From NCBI GenBank assembly GCA_002269645.1, contig NIVC01000571.1, positions 248,001 to 312,000 of the forward strand: a DNA stretch of 64,000 bases. The letters are read 5' to 3'. The notes beneath the pieces are model-generated. The model saw only the letters and a list, made by a program, of their open reading frames with translations. It was not told where the DNA came from and did not search any database. The stretch's first letter is position 1. The number at the start of each line of letters is the position of its first letter. The position numbers and the translations under genes were made by a program. Source of the stretch: Macrostomum lignano. Lineage: Eukaryota. Positions 44,568-56,690 of the stretch are shown in pieces.

Positions 44568-45027
44568 AACAGACGGACAGATCAAACAGACGGACAGATC
44601 AAACAGGCGGACAGATCAAACAGACGGACAGATCAACCAGACGGACAGATCAAACAGGCGGACAGATCAAACAGGCGGACAGATCAAACAGGCGGACAGA
44701 TCAAACAGACGGACAGATCAAACAGACGGACATATCAAACAGACGGACATATCAAACAGACGGACAGATCAAACAGACGGACAGATCAAACAGACGGACA
44801 GATCAAACAGGCGGACAGATCAAACAGACGGACAGATCAAACAGACGGACAGATCAAACAGGCGGACAGATCAACCAGACGGACAGATCAAACAGGCGGA
44901 CAGATCAAACAGGCGGACAGATCAAACAGACGGACAGATCAAACAGGCGGACAGATCAACCAGACGGACAGATCAAACAGACGGACAGATCAAACAGATG
45001 GACAGATCAAACAGACGGACAGATCAA
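44568..45027. repeat. 17-bp GGACAGATCAAACAG(A/G)C tandem repeat
   Basis: ~27 copies. Confidence 0.92.
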
Positions 45028-45267
45028 AACGCCGACACAGTTTATCCATCAGGTCCGCAGCCACTGGTTAAACAGGCTGACCATGCCCCGCTGCTCAGTA
45101 TGCTTGTGTCGTTAAGGAAAAGGGTAAATAATTGTTGGATTTGATGCATCAACTACTGAGGAACTCCGGCTTATCAGTAGTCAGTTGCATAATAATTTGG
45201 CGATAGCTGGTTAATAATATCAGCTTCTTGATAAGTGATTTGAAAATTCAACACAAAATAAACCATT

Positions 45268-45530
45268 ACTGACCCACCGCTGACCCAATTTCTCCTACTG
45301 ACCCACCGCTGACCCAATTTCTCCTACTGACCCACCGCTGACCAATTTCTCTACTGACCCACTGCTGACCCAATCTCCTACTGACCCACTGCTGATCCAA
45401 TTTCTCCTACTGACCCACAGCTGACCAATTTCTCCTACTGACCCACTGCTGACCCAATCTCCTACTGACCCTACTGCTGATCCAATTTCTCCTACTGACC
45501 CACAGCTGACCAATTTCTCCTACTGACCCA
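45268..45530. repeat. ACTGACCCACCGCTGACCCAATTTCTCCT tandem repeat
   Basis: ~9 variant copies. Confidence 0.88.
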
Positions 45531-46044
45531 CCAATGTCTTCCTGCTGAGCTCAAAGCAAAGGAAGCAAGCCAGAGGAGCCGGTGGCAGTTTGCGGTGCCG
45601 ATGGCCAGAATCGCAAATGAAGCAGAGGAGTATTGATAATTCATTGAGGCCTGACAGATCAGCTCAGGCCGAGCCTACAGGCCCAGAAAACTGATCGCGT
45701 AATGGAAATCAGAACAATATCGAACACGGAGCATCGCATTTGTGACTCATCTGGAATCGAATCGAAAAAGATAAAAACTGTGGCTAGCAACGGCGAGAAC
45801 TGCTAACCGACAGGGCGCATCGGATTGGTAATGGAGGCAGGAGTAAAGTGCCATCAGGCGACAAAGACCTATAAACTCGTCCTTGTATTGTAGGATTACC
45901 GTATAAAGCCGGGGAATCACAGAGACACGCGTGGAATTCGCAAATATGCGAATCCAATTTGTTGAAGAGCAATGCTGCATTTTGGCATTGAAGAGGCAAA
46001 TTTCAGAGCAAAAGTTATAAAAGAGCTGTAAGTAGTTAGGGGAA

Positions 46045-48275
46045 AAGGGGCTGTGAGTCATGATGGGAAGGGAGCTGTGAGTCATGATGGGAAGGGAGCT
46101 GTGAGTCATGATGGGAAGGGAGCTGTGAGTCATGATGGGAAGGGAGCTGTGAGTCATGATGGGAAGGGAGCTGTGAGTCATGATGGGAAGGGAGCTGTGA
46201 GTCATGATGGGAAGGGAGCTGTGAGTCATGATGGGAAGGGAGCTGTGAGTCATGATGGGAAGGGAGCTGTGAGTCATGTTGGGAAGGGAGCTGTGAGTCA
46301 TGATGGGAAGGGAGCTGTGAGTCATGATGGGAAGGGAGCTGTGAGTCATGATGGGAAGGGAGCTGTGAGTCATGATGGGAAGGGAGCTGTGAGTCATGTT
46401 GGGAAGGGAGCTGTGAGTCATGATGGGAAGGGAGCTGTGAGTCATGATGGGAAGGGAGCTGTGAATTATTATGGGAAGGGAGCTGTGAGTCATGCTCGGA
46501 TAAGAGCTGTGAGTCATGATGGGAAGGGAGCTGTGAATTATTATGGGAAGGGAGCTGTGAGTCATGATGGGAAGGGAGCTGTGAGTCATGATGGGAAGGG
46601 AGCTGAGTCATGATGGGAAGGGAGCTGTGAGTCATGATGGGAAGGGAGCTGTGAGTCATGATGGGAAGGGAGCTGTGAGTCATGATGGGAAGGGAGCTGT
46701 GAGTCATGATGGGAAGGGAGCTGTGAGTCATGATGGGAAGGGAGCTGTGAATTATTATGGGAAGGGAGCTGTGAGTCATGATGGGAAGGGAGCTGTGAGT
46801 CATGATGGGAAGGGAGCTGTGAGTCATGATGGGAAGGGAGCTGTGAGTCATGATGGGAAGGGAGCTGTGAGTCATGATGGGAAGGGAGCTGTGAGTCATG
46901 ATGGGAAGGGAGCTGTGAGTCATGATGGGAAGGGAGCTGTGAGTCATGATGGGAAGGGAGCTGTGAATTATTATGGGAAGGGAGCTGTGAGTCATGATGG
47001 GAAGGGAGCTGAGTCATGATGGGAAGGGAGCTGTGAGTCATGATGGGAAGGGAGCTGTGAGTCATGATGGGAAGGGAGCTGTGAGTCATGATGGGAAGGG
47101 AGCTGTGAGTCATGATGGGAAGGGAGCTGTGAATTATTATGGGAAGGGAGCTGTGAGTCATGCTCGGATAAGAGCTGTGAGTCATGATGGGAAGGGAGCT
47201 GTGAGTCATGATGGGAAGGGAGCTGTGAGTCATGATGGGAAGGGAGCTGTGAGTCATGATGGGAAGGGAGCTGTGAGTCATGATGGGAAGGGAGCTGTGA
47301 GTCATGTTGGGAAGGGAGCTGTGAGTCATGATGGGAAGGGAGCTGTGAGTCATGATGGGAAGGGAGCTGTGAATTATTATGGGAAGGGAGCTGTGAGTCA
47401 TGCTCGGATAAGAGCTGTGAGTCATGATGGGAAGGGAGCTGTGAGTCATGATGGGAAGGGAGCTGTGAGTCATGATGGGAAGGGAGCTGTGAGTCATGTT
47501 GGGAAGGGAGCTGTGAATTATTATGGGAAGGGAGCTGTGAGTCATGGTCGGATAAGAGCTGTGAGTCATGATGGGAAGGGAGCTGTGAGTCATGATGGGA
47601 AGGGAGCTGTGAGTCATGATGGGAAGGGAGCTGTGAGTCATGATGGGAAGGGAGCTGTGAATTATTATGGGAAGGGAGCTGTGAGTCATGATGGGAAGGG
47701 AGCTGAGTCATGATGGGAAGGGAGCTGTGAGTCATGATGGGAAGGGAGCTGTGAGTCATGATGGGAAGGGAGCTGTGAGTCATGTTGGGAAGGGAGCTGT
47801 GAATTATTATGGGAAGGGAGCTGTGAGTCATGATGGGAAGGGAGCTGAGTCATGATGGGAAGGGAGCTGTGAGTCATGATGGGAAGGGAGCTGTGAGTCA
47901 TGATGGGAAGGGAGCTGTGAGTCATGTTGGGAAGGGAGCTGTGAATTATTATGGGAAGGGAGCTGTGAGTCATGATGGGAAGGGAGCTGAGTCATGATGG
48001 GAAGGGAGCTGTGAGTCATGATGGGAAGGGAGCTGTGAGTCATGATGGGAAGGGAGCTGTGAGTCATGTTGGGAAGGGAGCTGTGAATTATTATGGGAAG
48101 GGAGCTGTGAGTCATGATGGGAAGGGAGCTGAGTCATGATGGGAAGGGAGCTGTGAGTCATGATGGGAAGGGAGCTGTGAGTCATGATGGGAAGGGAGCT
48201 GTGAGTCATGTTGGGAAGGGAGCTGTGAATTATTATGGGAAGGGAGCTGTGAGTCATGATGGGAAGGGAGCTGTG
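46045..48275. repeat. 24-bp satellite GTGAGTCATGATGGGAAGGGAGCT (~90 units, estimated)
   Basis: Homogeneous units with recurring variants (GTGAATTATT, CATGTTGG, 22-bp deletion form) that recur in higher-order blocks. Confidence 0.97.
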
Positions 48276-48696
48276 AATCGACATGATTGGCGGGTAGCTG
48301 AGTCATATTGGATCATGTCATAGGTCATCGGTCATATTAGATTATACGTCATACTTAGCAGCAGATGGAAATGCTGGAAATCAGAGAGCATCTTCCAAGA
48401 GATAATAAAAGTGTCAGGTCAGGTGCAAGAACTTTCAATTTCAGAATTAATGAGAAAAATAAAAGTAAAATTCAACCCAGTGGAGCAATTACTGGGGTAA
48501 AAATTAGATGCACATATATTAAGAAAAATTTTAAAAATCTAATAACCCACACAGATAAACCTCTGTGATGGTTTTCAACCACGAAAAAAAATTGCCTAAA
48601 ATTATGCCATTTATAATTTCTTCAGGTCAAGCACGCTCAAGATTTTCTTCAGCCTAGTTTTGGATTCCTTTGCTCACTTTTATTCTGCCCATCTTA

Positions 48697-49345
48697 GGTG
48701 TTACAGGGGTCTATGATCAGTCAGGTGTTACAGGGGTCCATGGCCAGTCAGGTGTTACAGGGGTCCATGGCCAGTCAGGTGTTACAGAGGTCCATGGCCA
48801 GTCAGGTGTTACATGGGTCCATGGCCAGTCAGGTGTTACAGGGGTCCATGGCTAGTCAGGTGTTACATGGGTCCATGGCCAGTCAGGTGTTACATGGGTC
48901 CATGGCCAGTCAGGTGTTACAGGAGTCTATGGCAAGTCAGGTGTTACAGGGGTCCATGGCCAGTCAGGTGTTACAGGAGTCTATGGCAAGTCAGGTGTTA
49001 CAGGGGTCCATGGCCAGTCAGGTGTTACAGAGGTCCATGGCCAGTCAGGTGTTACAGGGGTCTTTGGCCAGTCAGGTGTTACATGGGTCCATGGCTAGTC
49101 AGGTGTTACAGGGGTCTTTGGCCAGTCCGGGCGACAGGGGTCCATGGCCAGTCAGGTGTTACATGGGTCCATGGCCAGTCAGGTGTTACAGGGGTCCATG
49201 GCCAGTCAGGTGTTACATGGGTCCATGGCCAGTCAGGTGTTACAGGGGTCCATGGCTAGTCAGGTGTTACAGGGGTCCATGGCCAGTCAGGTGTTACAGG
49301 GGTCCATGGCCAGTCAGGTGTTACAGGGATCCACGCAAGTCAGAT
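48697..49345. repeat. 27-bp tandem repeat GTCAGGTGTTACAGGGGTCCATGGCCA
   Basis: ~23 copies immediately 3' of the decarboxylase stop. Confidence 0.93.
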
Positions 49346-49406
49346 GTTACAGAAGTCCACGGCAAGTCAAGGACTGCAGTGGTCCATGTAGCAATGCAGC
49401 GGCCGG

Positions 49407-52400
49407 TTACTCGAACAGGCCGCGGGACGGGATGTTCGCGAACTCCTGGTCGGTGAGCACCCGGACGCCGTACTCGCCGTCGCAGTCAGCCAGGCCGTGG
49501 ATCTCCAATGCCTTGGGGCCCTTGGTCAGGCGGGCCAGGTAGGTGACAATGGCCAGGTTGATGACCTGTCCGGGCACCACCACTGGGATGCCGGGCGGGT
49601 AGGAGACGATCTGGTCGCAGCAGACGCGGTCAAGCAGTGCCTGGTTTGGGCGGCCGTCGTCATCCAGCAGTAGGAGCCGCTCGCCGCTCTCGTAGAAGGC
49701 AAGGCGGGGCAGGCAGGCGAGGCGGCTGAAGCGGGGGATCTCCGTGATGCGGTAGTAGCTGCGGGGCGGCCGCCGGTCCTTGGCCAGCCGGAGCATCGCG
49801 TCGAACAGGCGGGACACCTGGCGGGGTAGGGAATGGGATGCGGGATTTTTGGGGTGGGATCGGAGACCGGATTGTATAAGTGGGATGGGGAATGCCGGAT
49901 GGGGAAGGAAGGATGCTGAATAGAGAATGCTGGATGGGGAGTGTTGGATGGGGAATGCGGGATGGGGAATGTCAGATGGGGAATGTCGGATGGGAAATGC
50001 TGGATGGGGGATGGATGCTGGATAGGGAATGCTGGATGGGGAATGCTGGATGGGGAATGCGGGATGGGGAATGCTGGATGGGGAATGCGGGATGGGAAAT
50101 GTCGGATGGGGAATGTCGGATGGGAAATGCTGGATGGGGGATGGATGCTGGATAGGGAATGCTGGATGGGGAATGCTGGATGGGGAATGCGGGATGGGGA
50201 ATGCGGGATGGGGAATGCGGGATGGGGAATGCGGGATGGAGAATGCCGGATGGGGAATGCTGGATGGGGAATGCTGGATGGGGAATGCTGGATGGGGAAT
50301 GCGGGATGGGGAATGCGGGATGGGGAATGCGGGATGGAGAATGCCGGATGGGGAATGTCGGATGGGAAATGCTGGATGGGGGATGGATGCTGGATAGGGA
50401 ATGCTGGATGGGGAATGCTGGATGGGGAATGCTGGATGGGGAATGCGGGATGGGGAATGCGGGATGGGGAATGCTGGATGGGGAATGCGGGATGGGGAAT
50501 GCGGGATGGGGAATGCCGGATGGGGAATGGCGGACGAGGAATGTGGGGTAAAAAAAGATGGGATGGGGAATGGGTGAGTCAACGGCAGAGCCAACGAGAG
50601 CATAGATGAGCGAGCGAACCTTGCTGCCGGTGGTGCCCATGCTGAGCAGCAGGGTGATGGTATTGAAAGTCCGCTTCTCGCCTTGGATGTTGAACCTCTC
50701 GAACAGGATCTGCTGCAGCTCCTGCGCGCTGTAGCCGGACTTGGAGATGTCCACAGTGAGCTTGGTGGGGTCCAGGCGGATGCCATCCTGCTGCAGCTCC
50801 TCGGGCAGCAGGTCCTCCAGCTCCAGCACGCGGAACACCCCCGTGGAGTTGATCTTCTGGCGGAGCTCACCGGACAGCTTCACCGTGCGGTCCAGCAGCC
50901 GGTAGCCCTCCATCACTGCCTGTGGGTGCGATTAATGGCTGAGAATCTGTGAGGCAGGGTGACTGGAGATTCACGAGAAAAAACGATCTCTGAACGAGGA
51001 GACAGGTACAAATACAGCTCGGGGATAAATGGGGTCAGACAGGCAGAAGCGCACCTGTTTCCTGCCCACATCCAGGCTGGCAATGAGGCCGTACTGCGGA
51101 CTGGTGCTGGCGTACATGTTGAAGTTCTCCCTGAACAGGTGCTCATCAAAGGCCGGGTCGTTAACGTGAACCATGCTGGCCTGGGAGAAGGCGGTGAGGG
51201 TCTTGTGACTGCTCTGGGTCACGTAGTCCGCGCCGGCCTCGAGAGCGGTGGGCCGGAAGGCCGGGTGGAAGCGGGCGAAGGCGTACCAGGCCTCATCAAT
51301 GATTACCTTGATGCCCGCGCTGCGGTGGGGAAGAGGTTGTTCTGTGAGCATCAGGAGCAGCCAAAGAGCCCCCAGGATCGAAGCCTTAAAATCTCACCCC
51401 TAGAGTCGAAGCTTCAAAAACTCATCTGCTAGGATGAAAACCTCAAAATCCCACCCCAGTGACTGAAGTTCAAAATCTCACCCCAGTGATTGGAGTTCAA
51501 AATCTCACCCCAGTGACTGAAGTTCAAAATCTCACCCCAGTGATTGAAGTTCAAAATCTCACCCCAGTGACTGAAGTTCAAAATCTCACCCCAGTGACTG
51601 AAGTTCAAAATCTTACCCCAGTGACTGAAGTTCAAAATCTCAAACCCCAGTGATTGAAGTTCAAAATCACACCCCAGTGATTGAAGTTCAAAATCCCACC
51701 CCAGTGACTGAAGTTCAAAATCTCACCCCAGTGATTGAAGTTCAAAATCTCACCCCAGTGACTGAAGTTCAAAATCTCACCCCAGTGATTGAAGTTCAAA
51801 ATCTCACCCCAGTGACTGAAGTTCAAAATCTCACCCCAGTGACTGAAGTTCAAAATCTCACCCCTCCCCTATGGTCGCGACCTAAATTTGAGACCGAGGA
51901 CAGGCACAATGACCCCCACCTGTGCGCCGCCTCCACAATGGGCTTGAGGTCGTAGAGCAGGCCATCGTAGGTGCAGTTGGTCAGGATGATGGCCTTGGCG
52001 TCGGGATTGGCCTTGATGGCCTCATAGATGGCCCGCTTGGGCACGGGGCCGAAGATGCCGAACTGCGGCCTGGCGGAGCAGTCCATGTACACCGGGCGGC
52101 AGTCGGACAGGATCACGCCGTAGTGCACAGACTTGTGGCAGTTGCGGTCCAGCAGCAGCTTGTCGCCGGGGGCCAGCAGGGTCTGGAAGATCACCTTGTT
52201 GGTGGTGGAGGCTCCGTTGGTGGCAAAGTAGGTCTTGCGGGCGCCGAAGGCCTTGGCAGCCAGAGACTGGGCGGCCGCGATGACGCCCTTGGGGTGCATG
52301 AGGGAGTCGAGCATGGGCACGGACACGGACAGGTCGGCCCGCAGCATGTGCTCGCCCACAAAGTCGTAGAAGTCGCCAACCCAGGGCGAGTTGCGCAGCG

Positions 52401-54602
52401 AGTCACCGCCCGAGTGGCCGGGCGTGTGCCAGGAGTCCTTGGCCATCTTCACGTACGTCTTCAGCGCGTCGTAGAACGGCGTGGCGGACTTTTCGGCCAG
52501 CTCGGCGGACAAGATGCGAAACCAGCCGCTGTAGTCGGACTCGTCCCGGTTGAAGTAGCCGTCAACGGCGTGGCTGACCAGCTCCTCCAGCAGGGCGCGC
52601 TCGTCGTCCCCGCCGCTCAGCACAACGTAGAGCGACAACTCCGGCCGGAGCTCGTTCAGCCGGTTCGCCAGCGTGATGGCCGCCTGGTTCACCTCCGCGG
52701 AGGTCAGGTGCCTAGGTGGGGTGGGGTGGGTGGTGTCAGGTGCCTGGATTAGGTAGGTGGGTGATGTCAGGTGTCTGGATTAGGTGGGTGGGTGATGTCA
52801 GGTGCCTGGATTAGGTGGGTGGGTGATGTCAGGTGCCTGGATTAGGTGGGTGGGTGATGTCAGGTGTCTGGATTAGGTGGGTGGGTGATGTCAGGTGCCT
52901 GGATTGGGTGAGTGGGTGATGTCAGGTGTCTGGATTAGGCGGGTGGGTGATATCAGGTGCCTGGATTAGGTGGGTGGGTGATGTCAGGTGCCTGGATTAG
53001 GTGGGTGGGTGATGTCAGGTGCCTGGATTAGGTGGGTGGGTGATGTCAGGTGCCTGGATTAGGTGGGTGGGTGATGTTAGGTGCCTGGATTAGGTGGGTG
53101 GGTGATGTCAGGTGCCTGGATTAGGTGGGTGGGTGATGTCAGGTGCCCAGCCGAAGTGAAGGAGGACGAGTTAATTGTCCCCATTTAAGACTATAAAGTT
53201 AAACAGATATATGAACGGGAGCAGGCGAATGTGTTGATGGGCCTGCGGCAAGATGCATCAGTTATAAATGCAGTTTTATCGCCTACTTATAGGCAAGCTT
53301 TAACAGCCTCGGGTGTTTCCCAGCCTCATCAACTGACTAAGCCAGGGTCCGCAGCATGGCAGCAAAATGATTTTGGCTTCCATTAAAATCTGGCAAGCAG
53401 ATCCAGTAATTTTTCGCCATCAGTTTGGACTGGCACAAACGGAAACCGAAATCACACAGGCTGCAGCTGATGGGTTCCAGGTGACGGTAAATGCGTAAAA
53501 CTGGCATCATCAGCTCAGGGCGATTGATGAAGCAAGCAAGCTAAACGATTTTAAAAGATAGGACCCTCTAGGACACCCTGACGACCTTCTATGAGACCCT
53601 GACAACCGTCTAGAAACCCTGACGACCCTCTTTGAGACCCTGACGGTCCTCTAGAAACCCTGACGACACTTTCTGAGACCCTGACGACACTCTATGACAC
53701 CCTGACGACACTCTATGACACCCTGACGACACTCTATGACACCCTGACGACACTCTATGAGACCCTGATGATCGTCTAGAAACCCTGACGACACCTTATG
53801 ACACCCTGACGACCCTCTATGACACCCTGACGACCCTCGTATGAGACCCTGATGACCCTCTAGAAACCCTGACGACACTTTATGAGACCCTGACGACCCT
53901 CTATGAGACCCTGACGACACTCTATGAAACCCTGACGACCCTCTATGAGACCCTGACGACACTTTATGAGACCCTGACGACACTATGAGACCCTGACGAC
54001 ACTATGAGACCCTGATGATCGTCTAGAAACCCTGACGACACCTTATGACACCCTGACGACCCTCGTATGAGACCCTGACGACCCTCTATGAGACCCTGAC
54101 GATACTCTATGAGACCCTGACGACACTATGAGACCCTGACGACACTATGAGACCCTGACGATCCTCTAGAAACCCTGACGACACTCTGAGATCCTGACGA
54201 CACTCTATGAGATCCCGACGACATACTAAGAGCCCGACGGCCCACTAGAAGCCTCGACGTCAGTAAAACGCCAAAAGATTCAGGAATGGTTTCTGTTATC
54301 TTTTTGTATTTTACCAAAGTGATTCATGCCGACATGTAGCGTAGAAAGAATAACAAAGCAAAGAAATTCACTGCATACAGCGCCTCCGCTAGCACAGACC
54401 TGTCGATGACGACAATCTGGACTTCACCATCGGCCGAGACGCAGTCTATGGCCTCCTTGAAGGCGCTCACCGCGGCGAACGCCATGCCGAACGGATTGTC
54501 CAGGCGGGCGCCCGCCAACTTCAGGCCGGCCAGGGCGGCTCCCAGCCAGGCGGAGTCGCAGCTGACTAGGAGGATGCGGCTGACCGGAGGCGGGGTGGAC
54601 AT
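49407..54602 (-). CDS. Bacterial-type PLP-dependent Orn/Lys/Arg decarboxylase (AAT fold) with receiver-like N-terminal domain; join(54602..54400,52711..51920,51319..51055,50919..50620,49817..49407) = 1971 nt, 656 aa
   Basis: Four GT-AG introns with matching phases (2,2,0,0). Motifs WHTPGHSGG, DLSVS..LDSL, FATNGASTTNK, DRNCHKSVH, TYDG, DEAWYA, QSSHK (PLP Lys), STSPQY, DPTKLT, YPPGIPVVVPG. Confidence 0.92.
49880..50530. repeat. GGGGAATGC(T/G)GGAT satellite in decarboxylase intron 4
   Basis: ~14-15-bp variant units. Confidence 0.92.
51432..51862. repeat. 27-bp repeat CCCCAGTGA(C/T)TGAAGTTCAAAATCTCA in intron 2
   Basis: ~16 copies. Confidence 0.95.
52737..53147. repeat. 31-bp repeat GTCAGGTGCCTGGATTAGGTGGGTGGGTGAT in intron 1
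   Basis: ~13 copies; the unit resembles the adjacent acceptor/exon 2 start. Confidence 0.93.
53575..54235. repeat. ACCCTGACGACACTCTATGAG-type tandem repeat in intron 1
   Basis: ~20-21-bp variant units. Confidence 0.9.
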
Positions 54603-55119
54603 CGCTGGATGGCTAATCGGTGCTGCTGCGGCTGGCGAGGGCGGGCGACTCACGAGCGACTTTGGACTGAAAGAAAATCAGTTTTTTTCCGGACGGGTTT
54701 GTCATTCTTAACGGCGACGCGATTTACATTGCCCCTGTGCTTGCGTCCCTTGAACTCAATGGATCAAGGGAGCCTTGGCCATAGACAGCTGCGTGCGTTG
54801 CGCAGATACGAGCGTACTTTAACAACACATTCAGCAGTTTGGCAACCGAAATAGAAGGAAAAAAATGAGGAAAGTTTCGAGAAAAAAAACATAGATATAA
54901 AGATTTTCCGGGATATTGTTTGCGTTCTCCGGGATATTATTTAGTATTATTCAATAATATCCCGTAAAATCCTTATGTGCATGTCTTATGTAAATGCGAT
55001 TAAGCATGCCTTTTCGGGAGCTATTTTCACAAATCCCTCGGGCCTTTCTCGAGCTCACTCAGAAGCCATGTTTAATCTTCTACATATTCCTCACTCTCTC
55101 CCGATAAGCGATCGCCCTG

Positions 55120-55508
55120 AGGGGGGGTGTTTCATATACTACTTGTAGTGGCTACAAGTGAATTTCGTTTTATAAAATGTGCCAAAGCTAAAGTTCCTAC
55201 AAGCTATAGTGAGTAGCGATAAGTCCGTATACTAAAAGCATCCCGTTTCATAGTGTCCATGTCTACAATTCTCGACGCGTGTAATGACTGACAAACTGAA
55301 GAGTCGCTTTCTTTTACTCAGGCTTGTAGTTCTCATAGTTTCCCTTATGGAATCGCAAAACCATAGTGGAGCACAACACTACGTGGCGATAATATGAGCC
55401 GCATAGCCAACAGCAAAGTGACAAGTTGGCTCGTGAAACGCAATTACTTGTATCTTGTAGCTTGTCACTAACCAACATGTAACTTGTAAGATATATGAAA
55501 CACCCCCT
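55120..55508. mobile_element. MITE with AGGGGGTGTTTCATATA terminal inverted repeats
   Basis: Left GGGGGTGTTTCATATA, right TATATGAAACACCCCCT; TIR related to the 14466-14985 element. Confidence 0.65.
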
Positions 55509-55924
55509 GGTCATTTAGGCAAGCTTTTGCTGTTCGGTAGTTGGGTAAAGTCGCAATGTCTATGGCCAGAGCTCGCTTACCCCATCGAGGTTCAGAGAGG
55601 CAACTAAGGAAGTAATTACGTTTTTCAAATACTACTCAGAAAAAGTAGGCAGATAGAGATATCCTGCAGTGCAAAGCCTAGCAAACCTATGACAAGCGGA
55701 ACAAATTGGGAAAGAAAGAAAAAGGAGCCATTTATCAACTTCATTAATAAACAATTGGAATAACTGGAAGCCTTCGCGGACAGTTCAGTGTATTTATCGA
55801 ACTTCTCATTTGAAGAGCGTCTAAAAAAGTTTTTTTTTCATAAAAACGGTACAAAAAAGGTCAATAAACCATAAACGACAGCTGTAACAGTATCAGTATA
55901 AAGTGAGAAAAGCACTCATGTACA

Positions 55925-56690
55925 CAGGTGGAATGTAGAAAGCTGCAGATTCACTCATGCACACAGGTGGAATTTAGAGGGTTGCAGACTCACTCATGCA
56001 CACAGGTGGAATTTAGAGGGTTGCAGACTCACTCATGCACACAGGTGGAATTTAGAGGGCTGCAGACTCACTCATGCACACAGGTGGAATTTAGAGGGCT
56101 GCAGACTCACTCATGCACACAGGTGGAATTTAGAGGGCTGCAGACTCACTCATGCACACAGGTGGAATTTAGAGGGCTGCAGACTCACTCATGCACACAG
56201 GTGGAATTTAGAGGGCTGCAGACTCACTCATGCACACAGGTGGAATTTAGAGGGCTGCAGACTCACTCATGCACACAGGTGGAATTTAGAGGGCTGCAGA
56301 CTCACTCATGCACACAGGTGGAATTTAGAGGGCTGCAGACTCACTCATGCACACAGGTGGAATTTAGAGGGCTGCAGACTCACTCATGCACACAGGTGGA
56401 ATTTAGAGGGCTGCAGACTCACTCATGCACACAGGTGGAATTTAGAGGGCTGCAGACTCACTCATGCACACAGGTGGAATTTAGAGGGCTGCAGACTCAC
56501 TCATGCACACAGGTGGAATTTAGAGGGCTGCAGACTCACTCATGCACACAGGTGGAATTTAGAGGGCTGCAGACTCACTCATGCACACAGGTGGAATTTA
56601 GAGGGCTGCAGACTCACTCATGCACACAGGTGGAATTTAGAGGGCTGCAGACTCACTCATGCACACAGGTGGAATGTAGAGAGCCGCAGA
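55925..56690. repeat. 39-bp tandem repeat CACAGGTGGAATTTAGAGGGCTGCAGACTCACTCATGCA, ~19 copies
   Basis: Almost invariant head-to-tail units, no spacers. Confidence 0.97.

Noticed and set aside
45747-48323. Long repetitive ORFs (MTHSSLPI, SHDGKGAV) and similar ORFs at 5031-5879, 9099-10175, 11458-12109, 25271-27037, 36745-37782, 48698-49456, 49880-50609, 55928-56737
   Set aside because: Translations of micro- and minisatellites that lack stop codons, apart from the real exons embedded in some of them.
55925-56690. CRISPR-like array (39-bp units)
   Set aside because: Head-to-tail identical units with no unique spacers, no cas genes, eukaryotic context.
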